Made by a program: the position numbers and the translations under genes
Shown: positions 7,653 through 16,453 of the stretch, one piece after another
Position numbering within the stretch: the stretch's first letter is position 1
Layout of the letters: each line of letters begins with the position of its first letter
Assembly (NCBI GenBank): GCA_963792585.1
Contig: CAWBWI010000002.1
Span: forward strand, 128,001 to 192,000
DNA length: 64,000 bases
Direction: 5' to 3'
From: Candidatus Eiseniibacteriota bacterium
Lineage (GTDB): Bacteria; Eisenbacteria; RBG-16-71-46; CAIMUX01; VGJL01
The notes under the pieces: model-generated
Database searches by the model: none
The model's input: the letters and a program-made list of their open reading frames with translations, nothing else
Told to the model about the DNA's origin: nothing

Positions 7653-9269
7653 ATGCCTGTCTACGTCATCTATGCCCGGAAATCCACCGAGTCCGAGGAC
7701 CGGCAAGTCCTCTCGATCGACTCGCAGATTCGAGAGCTACAGTCGCTCGCTCAGAATCGAGGGATTGCCGTGTCCGAGGTTCTCACGGAGTCCCATTCTG
7801 CGAAAGCTCCGGGCCGGCCCGTGTTCGGGGCGCTCATGCGCCGCATCGGTCGCGGCGAGATCCGCGGCGTTGTCTGCTGGAAGATGGACCGATTGGCTCG
7901 GAATCACTTCGACACCGGGTCGATTCTTCAGGCACTTGCGGACGGCAAGCTGCAGGAAGTCATCACCTCGGACCGCGCCTATACCCGCGACGGAAATGAC
8001 CGCTTCATGGGCAATTTCGAGCTGGGCATGGCGACGAAGTTCATCGACGACCTGCGGGCGAACGTGAAGCGCGGTAACCGGGCACGCCTTGCGCGCGGGT
8101 GGGCGAACTACGTACCGCCCCTCGGCTACCTGAACGACGTCGGGACGAAGACCGTGGTCAAGGATCCCGAGCGGTTCGACCTCGTCCGGCGGATGTGGGA
8201 CCTGGTGCTCACGGACTCCCTCCGACCATCCCAGATCTTACGCACGGCGAACGAAGAGTGGGGGTTCCGGACAAGGCGTTTCAAACGTACCGGGGGCAAC
8301 CGGCTCTCAAAGTCCGTGCTCTACAGCCTCTTCCAGAATCCGTTCTACTTGGGCATCATCCGCCTGAAGTCCGGCGAGACGTTTGTCGGCGCACACCCGC
8401 CGATGGTCAGCCGCGAGGAATTCGACCGCGTTCAGGAGACCATCGGACGACCCGGGCGGCCGCGCCCAAAGTCGCACGAGTTCCCGCTCACCGGCATCAT
8501 CCAGTGCGGCAACTGCGGCGGGTCGGTGACCGCCGAAGAACACGTCAAACCCTCGGGCCGACGCTACGTCTACTACCATTGTTCCCACAACCGCCTGCAT
8601 GTCCCCTGTCGGGAGCCGTCGGTGTCCGAGCGCGTGCTCGAAGAGCAGATCGTCGCGCTTCTGGAGCGCCTCACGATTCCGCAGCGTGTCCTCACCTGGA
8701 TTCTGAAGAAGGTCACGGCCTCGATTCACGCCGAAGCCGCCCGGCGCGTGGCGTCACGGGCGATGCTTGAAGCCGCGTTGGCCGATGCGACTCGGGAATC
8801 AGAGAATCTTCTCGCCCTCCGTCTTCGGGACCTCGTCTCGGATGAAGTGTTCCTCCGGAAGAAGCGGGACATCGAAGAACGCCGGGCCAGGCTAAGCGCG
8901 CAGGTTGGCGCCCCGGCGAAGACGCAGGAGGAGCTCACGTCGCAAACGGAGAAGATGATCGCGTTCGCTTCTCGTACCGCGGAGCTCTACCGCTCAGGGA
9001 CGACAGTTCAGCGGCGCATGATCCTGAAAGCGGTTCAGTCGAACTCGACGTTGCAGGGAAGAAAACTGCTAATCCAACTCAAAAGACCGTTCCGGATGAT
9101 TGCCGAGGCGGGCTCTTGTTCTAACTGGCAGCGCACGCCGGAGGACGTCAGAACGTGGATCCAAGATACGACCGAGTACTTGGCCGTGCCCGATTTCTCA
9201 AAACTCCCCCAAGATTCAGGACAAGAAGCGACCGCACGCTTTCACGAAACCATGATTTCCCAACCCTAA
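7653..9269 (+). CDS. Large serine recombinase (resolvase + recombinase + Zn ribbon + coiled coil)
   Basis: IYARKSTESEDRQ catalytic Ser, WKMDRLARN, PPLGY, CGNCG...YYHC...C zinc ribbon. Confidence 0.95.
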   Translation: MPVYVIYARKSTESEDRQVLSIDSQIRELQSLAQNRGIAVSEVLTESHSAKAPGRPVFGALMRRIGRGEIRGVVCWKMDRLARNHFDTGSILQALADGKLQEVITSDRAYTRDGNDRFMGNFELGMATKFIDDLRANVKRGNRARLARGWANYVPPLGYLNDVGTKTVVKDPERFDLVRRMWDLVLTDSLRPSQILRTANEEWGFRTRRFKRTGGNRLSKSVLYSLFQNPFYLGIIRLKSGETFVGAHPPMVSREEFDRVQETIGRPGRPRPKSHEFPLTGIIQCGNCGGSVTAEEHVKPSGRRYVYYHCSHNRLHVPCREPSVSERVLEEQIVALLERLTIPQRVLTWILKKVTASIHAEAARRVASRAMLEAALADATRESENLLALRLRDLVSDEVFLRKKRDIEERRARLSAQVGAPAKTQEELTSQTEKMIAFASRTAELYRSGTTVQRRMILKAVQSNSTLQGRKLLIQLKRPFRMIAEAGSCSNWQRTPEDVRTWIQDTTEYLAVPDFSKLPQDSGQEATARFHETMISQP

Positions 9270-9437
9270 CAAGGGGGCGGAGGTGCCGCTCCGATGTCAG
9301 GTTGTGGACAACTCTAAGCGCGTTTGAACGAGCAAGGCCGGACGAAAGCTGGCAACTCGTTGAGCATTCAGCGACCCGAAGCCATTTGCCGATGGAGCAA
9401 ACCCCATGATATACTCCTATCACATGACCCAACCAAT

Positions 9438-9737
9438 ATGGCTCAAGCACTTACAAAGGCAGGTCTCACCGCGCTCCGAAAGGGGCTAGAGGCGTCATTC
9501 CACAGCGAAGTTCGCGACCCCCTGGTGGATCACTTCAATCGCAGCCAGGGTGGGCAGAATCAGCGGCTTGAGGGGATCGAGCAGCACTTTGATGGTGTCG
9601 ACCGTCGCTTCGATGAGGTGGATGCGAAGCTCTCCGCGATCATGGAGATGTTCGCCACCCGTCAGGAGTTACGCGCCCTTGTCCGAGAGCTCAAAGCTCG
9701 CGGTATCGCCCTGGATGAGAGCCGGATCTTGGCGTGA
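9438..9737 (+). CDS. Small coiled-coil hypothetical protein
   Basis: Heptad pattern RLEGIEQHFDGVDRRFDEVDAKL. Confidence 0.6.
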   Translation: MAQALTKAGLTALRKGLEASFHSEVRDPLVDHFNRSQGGQNQRLEGIEQHFDGVDRRFDEVDAKLSAIMEMFATRQELRALVRELKARGIALDESRILA

Positions 9738-9855
9738 GCGCCGCAGGGTTCTTCGCTCTGCTGGGCTTCTGAATGATGACGTCCTACAAACGAGAGCGTA
9801 GTATGACAGTGCACTTTGACATAATGTTCTCCTGCCCCTGTTGCGTCGACTGTCG

Positions 9856-11112
9856 TCAGGGATCCGCTTCACCGCCGCTTCCATCCTTCTCACGGGACCA
9901 GGTCCGGGCAGCCTTCTCCCACGTCGCCTGCGCATGCTTCGCCTCCAAGTGTGTTCGTACAATATCTTGATCACAACTCTCCGAAATCACGATCCCTCCT
10001 TGCTCGGGATTAAGGGAGGCAAGAACACGCCAGATTGCTTTCGCTACGCCCTGACACTTATCCGCTTCACTGACAACCTTGTCGTCACTCATGCCCTTCT
10101 GTTGCGCAGACGCATCCCAGGTGATCCCCGCAACACCCACGGAAGCGGACACGACGACCGCCCTTGGCGCACCAGTCCTCATTGTCGTGCCCTCAAGAGC
10201 CTCTCGAACAATCCGCTCGAACGTCACTTTGTCCAGGCCAGAGGCGAGAACCACGAACTCGTCACCCCCTCTACGGCATACCCAGCATTGTCCTCCCTCC
10301 TTCATCACCTCCAGTGCAACATGTTCTCGGAGTCGTCTGCCAATCTCACAGAGTAGGTCGTCGCCCGCGTCATGGTTGAGCCTATCATTCACGTCCTTAA
10401 ATCTGTTGATGTCCAGATACGCGCACAGCACGCCGGGTTCTCCTGCCGCTTTCAGCCTTGGGATTGTGTCGTCTACAAAACGGCGGCTTAGAACACCCGC
10501 TTCGCCGGTTAGAGGGTCATAGTAGACCAGTCGAAGCATCGTCATCACGGTTCCGATGAGGTTCCCCAACGCCAGGAAGAACCTGCACACCTCCTCGCGG
10601 GCGAATGCCTTGCTTGCCCAACTGTCAACGCTCAGGATGCCGGCCAACCTCCGCTCGACAAGGGACGTGCGCCGATGCGGGATCGCGACGCAGACGGGAA
10701 CGTAGAGCACCGATGTCGGCGAGCGGGACGTTACTTCTTCGAGCACCTGCCGTTGGTCGACCTCAAGGTCCCTGACGGTCGCAATGTAGTATCCCTGCCG
10801 TCTCTCAATCCCTGCCGGCAGGGGCTCCCCGCACTCGGCATCGACGACAGCCCAAAGGAGCCCCCGTGGTCGGCGAACGGTTCCGCGTCCACGGAGGAGT
10901 TCGCTGCCACCCGGACTCAGTTCGGTGGGATCGGACACCGAGTACCAATTGACGCGCCCGGCCTTGCCGTCGTCGACGATGGTTGTCACGAGCAGTACGC
11001 TTAGTGCGTCACTCAAGATCGGAAGAGCGGAATTCGCTGCATCCTGGACGACTGCCGCGACCCAAGGGAACTCAAGGTCTCGCATGACGTCTGGAAAGAT
11101 GGACGTATTCAT
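9856..11112 (-). CDS. Diguanylate cyclase (GAF-like + GGDEF)
   Basis: YDPLTG, YLDINRFKDVNDRLNHDAGDDLL, RRGGDEFVVL. RBS GGAGG. Confidence 0.9.
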   Translation of the reverse strand: MNTSIFPDVMRDLEFPWVAAVVQDAANSALPILSDALSVLLVTTIVDDGKAGRVNWYSVSDPTELSPGGSELLRGRGTVRRPRGLLWAVVDAECGEPLPAGIERRQGYYIATVRDLEVDQRQVLEEVTSRSPTSVLYVPVCVAIPHRRTSLVERRLAGILSVDSWASKAFAREEVCRFFLALGNLIGTVMTMLRLVYYDPLTGEAGVLSRRFVDDTIPRLKAAGEPGVLCAYLDINRFKDVNDRLNHDAGDDLLCEIGRRLREHVALEVMKEGGQCWVCRRGGDEFVVLASGLDKVTFERIVREALEGTTMRTGAPRAVVVSASVGVAGITWDASAQQKGMSDDKVVSEADKCQGVAKAIWRVLASLNPEQGGIVISESCDQDIVRTHLEAKHAQATWEKAARTWSREKDGSGGEADP

Positions 11113-11220
11113 AAGTCGCCTCCCGAGGAGTCCTGAGGTCGAGAAACGGTATCGAAGGTGGCTTCGTGCAGCATGAAGATTGCCGGATTAGGGTTGGTAG
11201 TAACATGATAGGAGAATTCC

Positions 11221-11493
11221 ATGACACGAGAGGACGACCTCCACCTTGCAGCGCTGCTAGCCCGGCTACTGCCGGAGCCTGCAATCGCAACGGCCTGTCT
11301 GTATTTGGCAAAGCGGTCCGGTAATGAGCAGCTATACTGGTCGTTCATGAAGGACTGGCTCGCCGCCCATCCTGGGGGCATTACTTACTTCCTCCCCGCA
11401 CCGCTTAGCGTCTTCGCTCCCGAGTTTCTTCGGGCGTTTCTGAAAGCGAATCCTGCCCTGCTCGTGCCGTGGAATGCTCGACATGGCTCCTGA
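11221..11493 (+). CDS. Hypothetical protein
   Basis: AGGAG RBS, protein-like composition, divergent from the GGDEF gene. Confidence 0.5.
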   Translation: MTREDDLHLAALLARLLPEPAIATACLYLAKRSGNEQLYWSFMKDWLAAHPGGITYFLPAPLSVFAPEFLRAFLKANPALLVPWNARHGS

Positions 11494-11830
11494 TCTCTAC
11501 ATCGCACCCCGTCAGTCCCGCTCAGCAGCACCCCATCTTGACACTCGCGTCCACTCCGGGTAAAATACCTATGCTGGTCGATACCCTGTTCCAGGAGGTG
11601 GAAGATGGATGGTTTGTTGACTGATTGGATTGGAGAGGGACTTGTACATTAGGGCGCTTATGAACGCCGATTGCCCGAAGGCAAGCGCCGACCCGGGTTT
11701 GCCTCGCTGGACCGGCATCACGGTGATTGTCACGGGCATGGCCTTGCCCTTCTTGCTCATTCTGGCATTTCTGTTGGAAGTACTTCTTGCCTAGGACGGC
11801 TGGAGGCTTCTGCAGCACGCAACACAGGAA

Positions 11831-11856
11831 CACCCACCACGCACGAGGTGGGTGGT
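11831..11856. terminator. Hairpin downstream of the 11879 gene
   Basis: CACCCACC-N8-GGTGGGTG with short T-rich flanks. Confidence 0.45.
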
Positions 11857-11878
11857 TTTCTTGTTGGACGGAGTTCAC

Positions 11879-12910
11879 TTAGGCGCCTATCCATAAGGTG
11901 TTGAAAGCGCCAGGCACGGCGGCGACCCAGCCGCTCGCATCCGTATCCTTGGTCAGCTCAACCACGAGACTCCACCCTGTAAGCCGTGAGTAGCCTTCAC
12001 CTAGAGTTGCCAGGAGGAGGCAGTTTCCGATGAGCGCGAAGTCGAGGTAGACACCGGAACCGTAGCTGTACCGTTCCGCGTGAACGGGCCTGCAGATCAT
12101 TGGTGACTGGTTGCGGTGGGCACAGATGCTGTCGATCTTCGCCCTGTAGTCCCGGTCACGGTCATAGTCGGTCTTGCGGTAGAACAGGATGTTACGGATG
12201 GTAACGCCATGTTGCGTTGCTTCCTGGCACACCCGCTCCGTGAAGTTCTGGTAGAAGGTCGCTCTGAGGATGTCTGCGTCTAGGAAACTCGTCATCAGGA
12301 CTTCCGCACCGCTGGGGAGTGCCTGAATCCGGGCGATGATCTCATCGGCGTACTTGGTTGCCCCCCGAAAGGTACGAACTTTGTCATAGGGGCCGAGAGC
12401 AGTTTCCCATTCAAGCAGGCGGTTCCGCACGTGCTCGCGAACGGGCTTGGCATCCACGACCGTGGAGATGCGTGAAGCGCTTCGGGCCAGTCCGGCAAGA
12501 GGGTCGGCGAAGTCGTTGCGACACAGACCAATCCAGACTGATCGCGTCGACAAGAAGCGAAGAAGGTCAACAAGGGGAATCCGAGCCATTTCAGCCTTTC
12601 CTCTACGGCACGGCCGAATGAGCCACACGGACCACGGCCGAGCGATCGAGAAATACACGCCAACGAGGATGAGGATGATCCTGAGGAAGGGCCACCTGTG
12701 AATGAGCCCGCGCCTCAAGTCAGTGAGAGCGGCAGCTATCTCGGCTGGTGGCCCCGACCAGATCCAGGTCGCGCAGGTGAATGCGAATCCCATGGCAAAC
12801 CAGCCAAGGAGAATGGATCCAACCCCGAGCCACCACCGCCTGGGCAGGCATGCCGCCCGACATAAAAGGACATCACGCAGGAGCCTTGTCCCGTTGAGCA
12901 TTGCTCTCAT
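11879..12910 (-). CDS. 2-TM protein with a C-terminal PLD/TrmB-like-fold domain (no HKD motif seen)
   Basis: Two hydrophobic helices, GVTIRNIL, DFALIG, FNTLWIGA end. Start uncertain. Confidence 0.5.
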   Translation of the reverse strand: MRAMLNGTRLLRDVLLCRAACLPRRWWLGVGSILLGWFAMGFAFTCATWIWSGPPAEIAAALTDLRRGLIHRWPFLRIILILVGVYFSIARPWSVWLIRPCRRGKAEMARIPLVDLLRFLSTRSVWIGLCRNDFADPLAGLARSASRISTVVDAKPVREHVRNRLLEWETALGPYDKVRTFRGATKYADEIIARIQALPSGAEVLMTSFLDADILRATFYQNFTERVCQEATQHGVTIRNILFYRKTDYDRDRDYRAKIDSICAHRNQSPMICRPVHAERYSYGSGVYLDFALIGNCLLLATLGEGYSRLTGWSLVVELTKDTDASGWVAAVPGAFNTLWIGA

Positions 12911-13064
12911 CACTCCAAGCCTGTGAGAAGCTTGGCTGTGGGGGAGAGGTGGATGAGTCGGTGGGCACCCCACCAATGCGTACGGAGTCGTTGGATAGGG
13001 GAGTGTAGGTCCAGCTCTTGGTTCCGGGCTGCGGGCCAACCCAACGAGCTGGTGACGGCACCCT

Positions 13065-13793
13065 TCATGTGCTGGTTGTCCCTCCTGCGGACGCAGAGCC
13101 GTTGCCTTGATGGGGGGTGCCCTCCGGATGCAGCGGCGTCTCGATGATCGATCCGTGGTCGCAACGATAGACTCGGTCAGCCTTTCGAGCGACCTCCAGG
13201 TCTTGCTCAACAATCAGTACGGCCTTGTCGGCCGCACGCTCCCGTGGCCTGACCCAGTCTAGAAGATCATCGACGAAGGTTCTTGCTAGCCCCAGCGTCG
13301 GCTCATCAAGCAATACGAGCGTGTCTCTCTGCCCAAGGCCGCACGTGAGCGCCAGGACCTGCTTCTCGCCGGCGCTCAGTGTCGCAGCGAGCTGCCGACT
13401 CCTGGGGGCTTTGAGCCAAGGCCACGTGTGCTCATGAGCGAAAGCTGCCACGCAAGCCGAGTTGCTGACCAGACGGAGGTTCTCCTTTACAGTGAGGTTC
13501 CGGAAGACTCGTCCACTTTGGGGCACGTAGGCAATTCCACGACGCGAACGCTTCCATGTCGGCATCAATCCGATATCTTCACCTCGATGCCGAACGACCC
13601 CTGACCACATTGGCACAAGCCCCATGATTGCCCGCAGGAGCGTTGTCTTGCCGGAACCATTGTCGCCGATGACCGCCACGACTTCTCCCGCATGAAGCGT
13701 CAGATTCACGCCGCGCAGGACTTCGTGCCTGCCGTAGCCAGCCTTCAGTGATTCGACCTGGAGGATCGGAGTCGTCGGTACTCGTTCATCCAT
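13065..13793 (-). CDS. livF: Branched-chain amino acid-type ABC ATPase (LivF-like)
   Basis: GDNGSGKTT, LSAGEKQ, LLDEPTLGLA, LIVEQ. Confidence 0.85.
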   Translation of the reverse strand: MDERVPTTPILQVESLKAGYGRHEVLRGVNLTLHAGEVVAVIGDNGSGKTTLLRAIMGLVPMWSGVVRHRGEDIGLMPTWKRSRRGIAYVPQSGRVFRNLTVKENLRLVSNSACVAAFAHEHTWPWLKAPRSRQLAATLSAGEKQVLALTCGLGQRDTLVLLDEPTLGLARTFVDDLLDWVRPRERAADKAVLIVEQDLEVARKADRVYRCDHGSIIETPLHPEGTPHQGNGSASAGGTTST

Positions 13794-14514
13794 TGGGGAA
13801 CCTAGCCCTTGGGAGAATGGCAGCCGCAGGGCCGACCCCTTGCACCTTGCCGTCCGCGAGAAGGACGACCGTATCTGCGATACCCTCCACGACGTGGAGG
13901 AGGTGCTCAATCAGGAGAATCGCAAGACCGTCCGCGCGTGCCACTTTGAGTCTGGTAAGTATGACATCGACCGTGCGGTCGAAGATGCCTGACACCGGCT
14001 CGTCGAGGAAGAGGGCCCTAGTACTGCCCGCGAGACAGGTCGCGAGCGAAAGAAGCTTCCTTTGCCCATAGGAGAGCTCCAAGACTTGTCTGTCACGGAG
14101 GTCCGTCAGGCCGAAGTCCCGAAGCAGGGCAACGGCCGCCTCCATGGATGCTGTGTCAGGTTCTGACCACCAGCGTTTGACGATCCTTCCAGGGTCGGCT
14201 TGACCGAGGAGGACGTGATCCAATACCGTCATCTTCTCGATGACGCGCACCTCTTGGAATGTCCGGCGGATCCCGCGGTGCTCGAGTTCCCACGGCGGGA
14301 GCCCGGAGATCCGTTCGTCCTCGATGTAGATCTGGCCCTCGTCCGGCCGAAGGAATCCTGTGAGGATGTTGAGGAGCGTCGTCTTTCCAGAACCGTTTAG
14401 TCCCACGAGCGCCGTGATGGTCCCCGGTTCGAGTGTTACGCTCACGTTGTCTAGGGCGAGAACGCCGTCGAAGCGCTTCGTCACGCCCTCCGCTCGCAAG
14501 AATGCGGCGCACAT
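13786..14514 (-). CDS. livG: ABC ATPase (LivG-like)
   Basis: GLNGSGKTT, RTFQ, LSYGQRK, LDEP, LIEH. Confidence 0.85.
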   Translation of the reverse strand: MCAAFLRAEGVTKRFDGVLALDNVSVTLEPGTITALVGLNGSGKTTLLNILTGFLRPDEGQIYIEDERISGLPPWELEHRGIRRTFQEVRVIEKMTVLDHVLLGQADPGRIVKRWWSEPDTASMEAAVALLRDFGLTDLRDRQVLELSYGQRKLLSLATCLAGSTRALFLDEPVSGIFDRTVDVILTRLKVARADGLAILLIEHLLHVVEGIADTVVLLADGKVQGVGPAAAILPRARFPNG

Positions 14515-14515
14515 C

Positions 14516-15424
14516 CTACCAGCTCCCCCGCCTTGGCTCGAACGAGAACGTGCCGAGGAGACCCTGCGGCCGCAGGCGCATGAGGAATACTAGCAAGAGC
14601 CCGAAGAGCAGCTCTCTCACTCGAGAGGCGGAGGCTATGTCGAGACCGACAAAGCGGAGCCCCTCGGGGAACAAAACGAGCACGAGGGCACCGAGCACGG
14701 CGCCCGCGGGACGTCCGGCGCCCCCGAGGATTACCATGGCCAGGAAGAGAATGGACTGGTTCACCCCGAAAGTCGTCGGATCGATGAAGCCTATGTGGGC
14801 GGCGAGAATCCCTCCGGCGAGGCCAGCCTCTCCCGCGGCCACAGCAACGGCAATGACCTTGACCCGAGGAACATTCCTGCCAAGAGATGCCGTAAGGATC
14901 TCGTCCTCACGGATTGCCCGCCACACCCTACCCGTCGGTGCGCGGGTCAGTCGCGTGTGGAGCCAGAGCAGAAGTCCTACGAGCGCGACGGAGAGACACG
15001 GCAGGACGAGTGGCGAGTCAGGCAGGACCAGCCACCCTCGACTGCTGGCGGATGCGATTCCCAACGGCCCGCCGGTGAGCATGCCCAGATTGTTGAGTAG
15101 TTGGATAGCGATGAGTTGGAGTCCAAGTGTCGCGATGGCGAAGTAGTCTTCATGGGTCCGTAGGGAGGCGAGACCGACGACCAGACCTCCGAGAATCGCA
15201 GAGACGACTCCGCCGACGAGTGCCAACTCGAGGGGCAGACCGAGACGGGAGGCGAGAATTACGGACCCGTAGCCACCCATGCCGACCATCGCAGCCTGGG
15301 CCGTCGACAGCAGCCCCATTTGCCCCGCGACGATGTCGAGGGACAGCGCGACCATGGCGCCGACCGCTGCGAGAATAATGAGGTGTAAAATGTAGTCCAT
15401 AGGCTTAAAGTTCCACGCGCTCAA
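14516..15424 (-). CDS. livM: ABC permease (LivM-like)
   Basis: DYFAIATL, TGGPLGI, AIREDE, RPQGLLG. Confidence 0.88.
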   Translation of the reverse strand: MSAWNFKPMDYILHLIILAAVGAMVALSLDIVAGQMGLLSTAQAAMVGMGGYGSVILASRLGLPLELALVGGVVSAILGGLVVGLASLRTHEDYFAIATLGLQLIAIQLLNNLGMLTGGPLGIASASSRGWLVLPDSPLVLPCLSVALVGLLLWLHTRLTRAPTGRVWRAIREDEILTASLGRNVPRVKVIAVAVAAGEAGLAGGILAAHIGFIDPTTFGVNQSILFLAMVILGGAGRPAGAVLGALVLVLFPEGLRFVGLDIASASRVRELLFGLLLVFLMRLRPQGLLGTFSFEPRRGSW

Positions 15425-16283
15425 TTCGGCTTCCGGCGAGTCCCTTCGTCCTCACCACGAGGAACAGGAGGAGAAGCGTGAAGGAGATCGTATCCTGCCA
15501 CACGGATGGGAGAAGGAGAAGGCTCATGTGGCGCAAGATTCCGAGGAGGAGGCCGCCGACAGCGGCACCGCCGACACTGCCCACGCCGCCAATGAGCATC
15601 CCGGTCACCCCCATGAGCAACGGCTGAAACCCCATCGTCGGACGGGCATCGGTATCCCACGCGAGCAGCATCCCGGCCACGCCCACGAGACCGGAGCCAA
15701 CTAGGAAGGCCGCGCGCACGATACCATCGCTGCTGATCCCCCGGACCTCCGCGAGTTCTCGATCGTCGGCGACCGCCCGGAGATGGAGTCCGAGCCGGCT
15801 TGACCGCACCACGGCGAAAAGCCCAACCATGAGGCCAAGGCATACCAGGACAGTCACGATCTGAACACCGGTGAGACGAACGGATCCGAGCAATGTCAGA
15901 CCGGCTGACGGAGGTCCATGCCGAAAGCTCTTTGTGTCATCGCCGAACCCCATGGCGATGAGGTTCTCTCCCACCAAGTAGACTCCGAGAGACGTTATGA
16001 AGAGCACAAGCCCCGATCCACCATGGCGCCGGATGGGCTCATAGACAAGCATGTGCAAGGAGAGCCCGAGGATTGCGCAGACCGCGAACACGCCAAGTAC
16101 ACTCAGACCGACAGGGAGACCTAGAGTACCGAACAGGATGTACGCGGCGTATGCCCCGGCGACGAGGATGGAGGCGTGAGCGAAGTGGAAGAACCGTCCG
16201 ACGCTGTAGATGAGCGCAAAGCTGGCGGCCACGAGGCCGTACGCCGCGCCTGCGGCAACTCCATTCGCGAAGAGCTGGAGCAT
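15405..16283 (-). CDS. livH: ABC permease (LivH-like)
   Basis: NGVAAGAAYGLVA, FHFAHA, LRAVADD, GGVGS. Confidence 0.88.
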   Translation of the reverse strand: MLQLFANGVAAGAAYGLVAASFALIYSVGRFFHFAHASILVAGAYAAYILFGTLGLPVGLSVLGVFAVCAILGLSLHMLVYEPIRRHGGSGLVLFITSLGVYLVGENLIAMGFGDDTKSFRHGPPSAGLTLLGSVRLTGVQIVTVLVCLGLMVGLFAVVRSSRLGLHLRAVADDRELAEVRGISSDGIVRAAFLVGSGLVGVAGMLLAWDTDARPTMGFQPLLMGVTGMLIGGVGSVGGAAVGGLLLGILRHMSLLLLPSVWQDTISFTLLLLFLVVRTKGLAGSRIERVEL

Positions 16284-16453
16284 GATTCCCGGCCGGTTGG
16301 CGGCCCTACCTCTTCCTCTGTCGCTCGCCCTCTTCCGGGGCGAGGGAAGGCCGGAACTCCTCGTTGCGATGTTTCGCTTCTTCTGGTCGTACAGGTGGCC
16401 CGTCAGATTCCGGTCCAGCGAGCACGGCTTGGGTTCGTTTATCCTCCTCCAGC

